DNA from: a virus
Virus record (IMG/VR): IMGVR_UViG_3300048582_000084
Location: 1-64,000 of that record
DNA length: 64,000 bases
Strand: one strand, 5' to 3'
Shown: one piece after another, positions 56,385-64,000 of the stretch
Layout of the letters: the number at the start of each line of letters is the position of its first letter
Numbering within the stretch: position 1 is the stretch's first letter
Notes under the pieces: generated by a model
Told to the model about the DNA's origin: nothing
What the model saw: the letters and a program-made list of their open reading frames with translations, nothing else
Databases searched by the model: none
Program-made: the position numbers and the translations under genes

Positions 56385-56848
56385 CAGCACGCACCTCGCG
56401 CGTCGATAGCCTTGAACCCATACTCGATCAGGACTGGAATATCGGTCTCGCTGAGAGTCAGGCTCATGGGGAGCAACCAGCGAAGGTTGGGCATCAGGTC
56501 GAGGTCCGGACGAACCAGTACATCGCCGTCGAAGATGCGAACTTCTTCACTCTCGGGAGAACGAACTTCATCGAGGATCGATGGCGGGAGAATGGTGACG
56601 AAGCAGTCGATCTCAAATCCAGCCTGTTTGTCCCGTAGAATAGCGAACTTCTGCCATACGGTGTGGAAAATCGACACACCGGTCTCTTCGCGGAACTCGC
56701 GAGCCATTGCGGCATGAGGGTCCTCGCCCGGTTCGATCTTACCGCCGACGCCGTTCCATTTCCCTGCCATCCAATCAGGACGGTCTTTCTTAATTAGGGT
56801 CACACGAATGTCGTAATCGAAGGCAAAACCTAGTACATAGTGTTGCAT
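56384..56848 (-). CDS. Nudix hydrolase
   Basis: GGKIEPGE....AM.REFREETG. Confidence 0.92.
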   Translation of the reverse strand: MQHYVLGFAFDYDIRVTLIKKDRPDWMAGKWNGVGGKIEPGEDPHAAMAREFREETGVSIFHTVWQKFAILRDKQAGFEIDCFVTILPPSILDEVRSPESEEVRIFDGDVLVRPDLDLMPNLRWLLPMSLTLSETDIPVLIEYGFKAIDARGAC

Positions 56849-56901
56849 CTAAAGTCCTTTAAGTTTGTAGAAAGGGAGGCCCGAAGGCCTCCCTCAGTCA
56901 A

Positions 56902-58086
56902 TCACCAGCGCGAAAGCTGCCAGCGCTTGCTACCAGATACGATGTGGACATTCACGACGCGTGCGCCGTCTTCCCAAACGTCAGCAGTTTCGAAGAATTC
57001 ATCCTCGTCAGGCTGGCAGTCTGCGGCCCACTCGACTGTGACAGTCTCAGTCATGAGGTCCCCATCTTCATCAAGCCACCGGATTTGACCCGTCCAGTCT
57101 GCCACTTCCTCCATGCAGGAGGCCTTGAAATCCTCAATGGCTTCCTCAAGGTCCTCCAGACAGGTCGCGTATTCCTGATCTTCACCATCGACGGTGAAGT
57201 GGGCGACCCACTCGTCGTCGTAATCAAGGGCGAAACGCACGACGACGCCGTGGATATCTCGGATCACGTCCGTCTCATCTGCCTCCAGAGTACCTCCGGA
57301 GGTGAGGTCGGACTCGGCACGCGGCGCGAAGTTCGCTTCGCTCATGACAGCCGACGAGAAGATCGTAGCCACATCGGCCGGGGCGACCTCACCGATCACG
57401 CGGTAACCCGCGCAGCGCATCTTCGCGTTGTTGTAGTCGCGAGGAATGGCGACCACATCGGCAGGATCGACCTCAACGATGACCACGCGGTCGCCGTTGG
57501 AGTAGCTACCAAAGTGCGGCAGATACGACGCCGAGCAGACGTGCAAGCCGTGCGAACAGGTCTGGTCAGGGTTCTCGTCCACCTGATTGCGCGGGATGCG
57601 GAGCGTCTGCCCCACCGCGTTCAGCATGGTGCCGCTGTGAATGTCGTAGTAATCCTTCCGGACCTTCTTGTAGGCAAGGAACTTACCATCCGGCGTGATC
57701 GGAATGTTGGTAGCCTCAAGGAAGTCGTAGAGGCCCGTCACCGCACGGTTAGACGGGTTGTTCATCAGGCGCTCAAGGAAGTTGGTGAGCGGGCTGATAT
57801 CGAAGCCCTCGGACAGCATGCTGAGCATGCGACGCGACAGCGTCGAGTGTAGCGGCTTTCCGTCGAAGAAGACGGTGTCGTTGGTGATCGTCACCCGACC
57901 GGCGCTCTTGGTCTGGATCGCCTGCGGAATGTCGAACATCTTGGCGAGCTTGGCCTTGTCGGCGGCGCCAGCCTTCAGGTAGTCCTTGATATCCGCGAAG
58001 TTCGGGTGCGAAGTCTTGGCAACGTAGGTCTTGCCGTCAACGATGACGGTGATCGAGGCGCTGCCGATGATAAACGGAACAGTCAT
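56902..58086 (-). CDS. rIIB: rIIB-like protein with acidic C-terminal extension
   Basis: NPS....LYDFL, DG.FLAYK.V, CS.GLHV, DVV.IP.DY..KMR. Confidence 0.92.
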   Translation of the reverse strand: MTVPFIIGSASITVIVDGKTYVAKTSHPNFADIKDYLKAGAADKAKLAKMFDIPQAIQTKSAGRVTITNDTVFFDGKPLHSTLSRRMLSMLSEGFDISPLTNFLERLMNNPSNRAVTGLYDFLEATNIPITPDGKFLAYKKVRKDYYDIHSGTMLNAVGQTLRIPRNQVDENPDQTCSHGLHVCSASYLPHFGSYSNGDRVVIVEVDPADVVAIPRDYNNAKMRCAGYRVIGEVAPADVATIFSSAVMSEANFAPRAESDLTSGGTLEADETDVIRDIHGVVVRFALDYDDEWVAHFTVDGEDQEYATCLEDLEEAIEDFKASCMEEVADWTGQIRWLDEDGDLMTETVTVEWAADCQPDEDEFFETADVWEDGARVVNVHIVSGSKRWQLSRW

Positions 58087-58145
58087 TTTATTCTCCGTAA
58101 TAGGGGGTTTGGGAGTGGGGAGAGACACGGCTCTCCCCACCAAGA

Positions 58146-60437
58146 TCAAGCTGCGATGGTGGTAGACGACGCAGCGGTAGTTTGAACGATAGCGGCAGTC
58201 TTCGCTGCGGCACGGGTTGCGTGCAACAAGTCGATAGCCTCAATGTACTCCAAGATTGGTGCGAGGTCGGCAGAAGACCCGCGAGTGAGTGTATAGTGGT
58301 CGTACTTACGCAAGATGGGGTAAGACCTGTTGCACGCCTGAATCTTACTAATCAGTGTGGCGAGCTTAGGCGAGTTGTTGACCCGAGACTGCGCCTTACT
58401 TCTCACATTGGAGACGTCGTAACCCAAATCATTAAAGGCGACGAGTGTACGCGCATAGGGTGCAGCAAGCGCATTGAGCCACTTCTCGGTGTTCTCGATC
58501 CCGAGATTCGGGATGGCGCTGTGGATATCGTAAAGATTCCCCCGCTTGGAGTTCTGGACGACTCCCACAAGCGTCTGGTTCACACGCAACAGAGTACACC
58601 AGTTGTCTCCGCGTAGCATGTTAGCGAGAGACTGGTTTTCCCCCTCAACTGTAAGCTTGTCTTCCAGCGTAGTGACATGGGGAGCCAGGGTCGCGGACCA
58701 CTCGGTCCAGCTTCCGCTGTCTTCCACACGCTTCTGGTAGACCACACTGACTACGTAGAGGGGCTTAGTTGAGTCAACGAACCCGGCAGCGTGAAGGCCA
58801 TGCAGCCCATTGAGGAAGGTGCTGATTTGGGCCTTGATTTTACGCGGACCCAAGTCTTGGATTATCGATTCGCGCATGAACACGTAGTAAGCATCACCGT
58901 CCAGTTGGACGACCTTCTCCGGTTCAAGGGCGTAGCCGTCCTTACCAAGCTTGGCTTCACGAACCTTGACCTCTTCCTTCTTCGTCGTGCCACGCTTGGG
59001 AGCGCTGGCGCGAGGCGTCATGACAGGGGCCGGTAGATCGCGCGTCCACGTCACCATCGTCGCTGGAGGGTTGCCCATCGCATCGAGGATAGCCTTGTGG
59101 TCCGCTTCATCCGCGAGGACGAAGAGGATGGCGCTGCCGTTGTTGGCTACACGCTTGTAGTGTTCCATGATGCGGCGCCCTTCGTGGGTTGGGCGCTTCT
59201 CGGCAACAGTGAAGTAGATGGATAGGGTTTCGTTGCCGTAATCCCACAGCATCCGACTGCCGCTGGAACGCGAGTCCCCGTCGATGTAGACGGACGAGTT
59301 GAGGCGTCGCAGGCGGTAGTATTCCCAGAAGTATGGAGAGAACTTGATTCCCTTTGCGTCCAGATCAGTAATGATCCGGGACATAGAGAAGTTGTCGCAG
59401 TTCGTCGTGCCCTTCCACTTGGTGCCAGCAATCAGCCGCACCAGCGAGATGGGAAGGTTCGACTTTTGAGACAGTTCTCTAAGCTTCTTGCCCGCCTCCC
59501 AAAGCGTGGGAGCGTCCTTGATCGACTTACCGTAGTGTTCGTGGACGTCCTTGGACACGCTGTTGAGGCGTGCAACGATGTTCGCACACGTAGGGGCGTC
59601 ATAGGACAGAGACTCGCGAGAGGCTGCGACGTCGAGGCTGCCAATCGGGAAGTCGATCAGCAGCGGCGCGTTCAGTAGTGCCACGTACTCAGGTGGAAGC
59701 TGACTGATCGAGGAGGCCGACAGCGGGTAGACCACGCAGCCCTGGCGAGCGCGAGCGCCGCCGTGGGACTGAAGAAGCTGCCAGCCCTTGCCAGAGGCGA
59801 GGGTAACAGGCTTCATCAACGTGATCTGGTTCCCCTCGATCTTTGGGAAGGTCGGGAACCACTGAAGAATCGAAGCCGCCTTGTCCCGGAACCCGGTGAC
59901 GTCCTTCTGCTCGATGGTCATCTGGAATTCGACGCCCTGCGGCTCCGTCGAGGGCTGGCGGTCCATCAGCGCGATGCTGGGGACACCGTCCTTGGCGAAG
60001 TACGCGGTGTAGACGCGCCGTTCGCCGTCCTTCCACACCGTGATGGTGAAGGAATCGACCAGCGAGAACGGGGACTTCGACCCCAGGCCGAACGCGCCGA
60101 CTTGGTTGTTCGACGTGTCCTTGGACGATTCGAAGACCGTGCTGAGCAGACGCATCGTCTGTTCGTGCGTCATGGAGACGCCGAAGTCGCGAACCTTGAA
60201 GGTGGGGTCGAAGATGGTCGGCAAGCGGACGACGAACGGGACGTCGCCCTTGCCGATTGCAAGATGCGCGTCGTAGGCGTTCGTGCAGAGTTCGCGGATA
60301 ACCGCCGCGACCTTGTCGGCGTACAGCCCGTCGATCAGAATCTTGAATGCCTTACCCGACGCGCGGATCGTGAAATCGCGGGTCTCGGTCAGGTTGGCGG
60401 TCTCAAATGCGCCGCCAGTCGAAGTGTTGAGTTTCAT
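58146..60437 (-). CDS. rIIA: rIIA-like protein (GHKL ATPase)
   Basis: LY.DK..AVIRELCTNAYDA, RDFG, G.FGLGSKSP, SRESLSYD. Confidence 0.92.
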   Translation of the reverse strand: MKLNTSTGGAFETANLTETRDFTIRASGKAFKILIDGLYADKVAAVIRELCTNAYDAHLAIGKGDVPFVVRLPTIFDPTFKVRDFGVSMTHEQTMRLLSTVFESSKDTSNNQVGAFGLGSKSPFSLVDSFTITVWKDGERRVYTAYFAKDGVPSIALMDRQPSTEPQGVEFQMTIEQKDVTGFRDKAASILQWFPTFPKIEGNQITLMKPVTLASGKGWQLLQSHGGARARQGCVVYPLSASSISQLPPEYVALLNAPLLIDFPIGSLDVAASRESLSYDAPTCANIVARLNSVSKDVHEHYGKSIKDAPTLWEAGKKLRELSQKSNLPISLVRLIAGTKWKGTTNCDNFSMSRIITDLDAKGIKFSPYFWEYYRLRRLNSSVYIDGDSRSSGSRMLWDYGNETLSIYFTVAEKRPTHEGRRIMEHYKRVANNGSAILFVLADEADHKAILDAMGNPPATMVTWTRDLPAPVMTPRASAPKRGTTKKEEVKVREAKLGKDGYALEPEKVVQLDGDAYYVFMRESIIQDLGPRKIKAQISTFLNGLHGLHAAGFVDSTKPLYVVSVVYQKRVEDSGSWTEWSATLAPHVTTLEDKLTVEGENQSLANMLRGDNWCTLLRVNQTLVGVVQNSKRGNLYDIHSAIPNLGIENTEKWLNALAAPYARTLVAFNDLGYDVSNVRSKAQSRVNNSPKLATLISKIQACNRSYPILRKYDHYTLTRGSSADLAPILEYIEAIDLLHATRAAAKTAAIVQTTAASSTTIAA

Positions 60438-60535
60438 GTTAGAGGGTTTGGCTCCTGAGTTTGGGTTGAATTACAAAAAGGACCCGAAGGTCCTTTTCTT
60501 GATTTTCTCTCTAGGAGGGTTGAGTATTCGGCTGC

Positions 60536-61693
60536 TCAGAGGTTTGACAGACCTCCTAAGTGTTCGACCCGTGTCCAATAATCTTTCACACTTACCGTGT
60601 GTATGTTCTTACCTTTAGCAAGTAGATAAAGAGGTTGGTCCGCTCCGAATGTACTTCTAATCGCAGTCTCTACTGCCTCTCTCAAAACACCGTTTTTCAG
60701 ACAGGAAAAATGGATTCGAATAAGAGGTATTTGATTCTTAACGCAGAACGCGTCTTTTTCCCTATCTGAGGGGAGCGTTCTAGATGCCAGCCTCCCTTTC
60801 TCTCCCCATAACGGCGCACCATCAGAAAAATGCTGCTGGCCGTCGAATTCGATCATCATCCCGTCCTGTAACCTGAAATCGAATTTGCGAAGTCTTTCGC
60901 CTATTCTAACCGAAAACTCTTTCTGAAAGTTTATACCTTCTTCGATTAGAAAATTCTCGATAATAGTCTCGCCCCTGCTCTGCTTTGGGTGACACCCAGG
61001 ACAGCGCGCAGTACCTTCGTCGATAGCGGTCATTTGGCGCCTACACGGTGTTAGGCAGAGCATACATTCATAGAACCCATACACCGATCCATCGGTTCGT
61101 ATAAACCTGAAGCCCATATCCGTCGCGCGAGTTTTTCGCCTGTTTTCGACGCATCTGTCACATCTGAACTCACCTCTACGGACTGAATCCCTCTTTCGGT
61201 TTACGACGAGGTCGCACTTCAGACATGCGTACTCGGACCTAGCCCGGTCAATACGGCGGATATGCTGAAGGCCGACTTTAGCCGCCTCGTCCCGCCACCG
61301 TGTACCTTCGCATCCGGGGCACTGCACGCTGGCGCTCTTTATACACGAACGCTCGCGTTCGAATTGTTCACTACAGGTAAGGCACTCGTACAGAGCCTTC
61401 CCATGCTTTTTGTTTTCCACATAACGTAGACCGAGACGGGCCGCTGCGTCTTCGCGCTTTAGTATCACACATGTAGGACACTTTGTTTCTCCACGTCTCA
61501 TGGACGAGCGCGAGGCCGTCAGTTCAGCCGTGCAAGCGCGACACTTATACGCACCAGACGCGCTGCCTACAGATGCTATAAAATTGAAGTTGTTTGCGGC
61601 TGCTTCTTCCCGCCAAATCGCAGTTTTATTCGATCCATTTTTAGCTGAATCGGTAAGCACATTAGGGGGTAGACCTGTCTGACATGACAGCAT
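60536..61693 (-). CDS. Zinc-ribbon repeat protein with C-terminal Vsr/DUF559-like nuclease (homing endonuclease-like)
   Basis: Five CxxC...CxxC units; SRGE, FDF, IEFDGQQH, D..KD..C....I.LIRI. Confidence 0.8.
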   Translation of the reverse strand: MLSCQTGLPPNVLTDSAKNGSNKTAIWREEAAANNFNFIASVGSASGAYKCRACTAELTASRSSMRRGETKCPTCVILKREDAAARLGLRYVENKKHGKALYECLTCSEQFERERSCIKSASVQCPGCEGTRWRDEAAKVGLQHIRRIDRARSEYACLKCDLVVNRKRDSVRRGEFRCDRCVENRRKTRATDMGFRFIRTDGSVYGFYECMLCLTPCRRQMTAIDEGTARCPGCHPKQSRGETIIENFLIEEGINFQKEFSVRIGERLRKFDFRLQDGMMIEFDGQQHFSDGAPLWGEKGRLASRTLPSDREKDAFCVKNQIPLIRIHFSCLKNGVLREAVETAIRSTFGADQPLYLLAKGKNIHTVSVKDYWTRVEHLGGLSNL

Positions 61694-63056
61694 CGATATT
61701 TGCCTGTTTCTCTACAAGTTTGTTTGCAATCGTTGCGTCCAAACTACCCCCAAGAACAAGGTAAGAAATGTTACAGGGAAGGGTTTGGCTAATCCTGTGG
61801 ACGCGATCCGCACATTGTAACATGCTTGCAGGGACATAATCCAGTTCCGCAAATACAACGGTACGGCTCTTAGTCAGCGTCAGTCCCACACCTGCGGCGC
61901 GAATCTGACCGATGAACACCATAGGTTGCCCATCCGCCTGGAACGCATCCACGGCGGGTTGCCTAAGTTTCTCGGGGGTATCTCCGGTGATGGTTACCGC
62001 ATCGTCTCCGAAATGGTCCGTCAGCGCAAGAGAAATAGCCTTATGATACGTGAAGACGACGACTTTCTCGCCCTGCTCAACAAGGTTCTCAACGAACGAC
62101 ACGACCATCGGGAGCTTCTTCAACGCGACTTCCTGGCGGGTCGCTGCGAGGTCGGTCATGATCTGAACGCGGTCAGGTGCCTTTTCTTTGGCGAGCCGTT
62201 CGACCTGTTCGTCGAAATCCTCGGCCTCCAGATCGACACCGCTTTGCGCCAGTTTGGCGAATAGTTCGGCCTCACGTTTCAGCAGCTTATCGACGCCCAA
62301 ACCATCAGTCGGAAGTTCGATGACGCTGTGAAGCTTCGGAGGAAGGTTCAGCAGGTCTTTGTCATGTCGAATCATGAAGGAGGCGCGCAGCTTGTCGCCA
62401 AGTTCTTCAAGGTTCGAAGCACCAGAGACGTCGAGGCCCCACGGGCTTCGCCACGCCTTGCAGTAGCGCTTGACGAACGAGAAGTAGTCCTTCCCAAGAC
62501 CCTTGGGATCAGCGACCTGACAGAAATTCCACAGATCGATGGGGCGGTTGGTCATCGGCGTGCCGGTGAGCAGCACAAGCCGCTTGTACGGAATACCAAT
62601 GATCGGCTTTCGCTTCGCCTTCTTGCCGAAGATCAGCTTCGTGCGCTTCGCGTCTGGATTCTTGGCGTAGTGCGCTTCGTCCAGAACGACGAAGTCCCAG
62701 GTCTTCGCAATCAGCAGAGCGTGGTGCTTGTCAATGAGGTCGTAGTTAATAACAACGACATCGCCATCGAGAGCGACCGTCTTTGAGTTCACAATTTGCA
62801 CGACTATGTGGTCATGGACCGTGTACTTGTTCCACTCTCTCTGCCAGTTCAGCTTAAGAGACGCGGGGCAGACGATAAGGACGCGCTTGGGTTGGAAGCA
62901 GTTCATCAGCGCGATAGTGCTGAAGGTCTTGCCCAAGCCTGGAGCGTCCGCTATTAAAGTTACTTTACGTCCCGCCGCGAACCGTACATTTTCGTCTTGG
63001 TGCTTCATTAGAGCGACGCCGTCGGGGAGCGGGACGACGTAGTCGTCCGGTAGCAT
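61662..63056 (-). CDS. SNF2-family helicase
   Basis: GLGKT, DEAH, LTGTP, GVGLTL, Q..DRVHR. Confidence 0.93.
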   Translation of the reverse strand: MLPDDYVVPLPDGVALMKHQDENVRFAAGRKVTLIADAPGLGKTFSTIALMNCFQPKRVLIVCPASLKLNWQREWNKYTVHDHIVVQIVNSKTVALDGDVVVINYDLIDKHHALLIAKTWDFVVLDEAHYAKNPDAKRTKLIFGKKAKRKPIIGIPYKRLVLLTGTPMTNRPIDLWNFCQVADPKGLGKDYFSFVKRYCKAWRSPWGLDVSGASNLEELGDKLRASFMIRHDKDLLNLPPKLHSVIELPTDGLGVDKLLKREAELFAKLAQSGVDLEAEDFDEQVERLAKEKAPDRVQIMTDLAATRQEVALKKLPMVVSFVENLVEQGEKVVVFTYHKAISLALTDHFGDDAVTITGDTPEKLRQPAVDAFQADGQPMVFIGQIRAAGVGLTLTKSRTVVFAELDYVPASMLQCADRVHRISQTLPCNISYLVLGGSLDATIANKLVEKQANIDAVMSDRSTP

Positions 63057-63063
63057 TCCAGCC

Positions 63064-63486
63064 TTAGTTACGCCTTCGTGGGCGATGAATTGTCGTTATC
63101 TCGACACGCGCGATCCCTCGCTCCGTCATCTGGAGGCGGTCTGCGGTCCCCCGACTGACGTCGAGAATTCGCCCGCGAATGTAGGGTCCGCGATCCGTGA
63201 TCGTGACAATGACGGATGTGTCATTGGCGAGATTACGGACGTGGATGCGTGTACCGAGAGGAAGGGTGCGGTGGGCAGCCGTAAGCGCCCACTGGTTGAA
63301 AGGTTGACCATTCGCCATCAGCTTTCCGTGATGGTTTGATCCGTACCAACTAGCTGCCCCGCGCTCTCGCGCGGTCGCCTCACTTGGAGCCGACAGCAAG
63401 ATCGCGGTCGCTGCGATGAGGCAGCGGAGTGTCTTGATGCAGGTTTTCATGAAAAGGAACCCGCTAGGGTTCCGATCCATCACCAT
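63064..63486 (-). CDS. rlpA: RlpA-family lytic transglycosylase
   Basis: ASWYG, TAAHRTLPLG, TDRGP..RILDVS; signal peptide (alternative start 63450). Confidence 0.9.
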   Translation of the reverse strand: MVMDRNPSGFLFMKTCIKTLRCLIAATAILLSAPSEATARERGAASWYGSNHHGKLMANGQPFNQWALTAAHRTLPLGTRIHVRNLANDTSVIVTITDRGPYIRGRILDVSRGTADRLQMTERGIARVEITTIHRPRRRN

Positions 63487-63743
63487 CAGGTGGTGGTGTG
63501 ATACTCAACGACACGGCGCTTGGCGGCGGGCGACAGAGAGAGCGTCGCGTCCTCGATCAGGTCAAGGACGTCCTGAAGGAGTACCTCGGCTGCGAGCCTA
63601 GCGGCGTGGGCCTCGCCATTTCGTCCGTCAGCCAGACGGACGTGCATGTTGAGGAAGCATTCATCGAGGCCTTCGTGTAGCGAATTCGATGCCATAGCCA
63701 TTGCCACGGCACAGCGAAGGTCTTGCTCTGTAGTTGCGGTCAT
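63486..63743 (-). CDS. Hypothetical protein
   Basis: AGGA RBS, TGATG coupling. Confidence 0.6.
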   Translation of the reverse strand: MTATTEQDLRCAVAMAMASNSLHEGLDECFLNMHVRLADGRNGEAHAARLAAEVLLQDVLDLIEDATLSLSPAAKRRVVEYHTTT

Positions 63744-63785
63744 TTGTTTCCTGAGTAGGTGTCTGGATATTATATTGGTGGGGTA

Positions 63786-63874
63786 TGGTGGGCGATGTAG
63801 GATTCGAACCTACTCACTCCCTAAGGAGAACAGATTTACAGTCTGTCGCGACTCTCCAACTTCGCCGCTCGCCC
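63786..63874 (-). tRNA. tRNA-Tyr(GTA)
   Basis: GGGCGA/TCGCCC acceptor, ACAGA-CTGTAAA-TCTGT anticodon arm, long variable arm, GTTCGAATC, encoded CCA. Confidence 0.95.
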
Positions 63875-63883
63875 GAAAGGGGA

Positions 63884-64000
63884 TTAGTATTTGCGCCTGT
63901 TTGCCACCCGTTCGGCGGTTCGGTAGCACTCACCGAAGAGTGCTTGGCAGTATAGTTCTAGGCTCTTCTCGTTTCGCCACAGCGTGCGCCGCCTGGGAGA
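63884..64000 (-). CDS. 3' end of a CDS running off the window
   Basis: Open frame ending ...AERVANRRKY*. Confidence 0.35.
   Translation of the reverse strand, partial: SPRRRTLWRNEKSLELYCQALFGECYRTAERVANRRKY

Overview
A 64 kb stretch of a large tailed (siphovirus-like) phage genome. The host is probably an alphaproteobacterium; this is inferred from the tRNA-derived attP and the structural gene families. Bases 1-1.4 kb are a repeat-rich non-coding region. Bases 1.4-28.7 kb (+ strand) hold the virion and lysis genes in an unusual order: portal, scaffold, tail tube, SGNH/LamG appendage, P22-type major capsid, holin/endolysin/spanins, PhoH, neck genes, frameshifting tail chaperone, 2375-aa tape measure and tail tip. 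At the strand switch (~28.8 kb) the 3' half of a tRNA-Thr(GGT) forms an intact attP beside a tyrosine integrase. Bases 29-64 kb (almost all - strand) encode replication and nucleotide metabolism (T7-like PolA, NrdJ, ThyX, dUTPase, SSB, SNF2 helicase, Cas4-like nuclease, DNA ligase), RNA repair (two RNA ligases, PNK, Pth2-like, RlaP-like), NAD salvage and ADP-ribose handling (NadV, NadM-Nudix, macrodomain, Nudix), rIIA/rIIB, RlpA, six free-standing endonucleases and tRNA-Tyr. No terminase, primase or repressor was recognised in the window. The top candidate for something undescribed is a two-hairpin RNA leader shared by both NAD-salvage genes: a bulged stem with a GAWAGAC loop followed by a hairpin that encloses the Shine-Dalgarno sequence. 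All protein calls rest on motif recognition by eye; no database searches were run.
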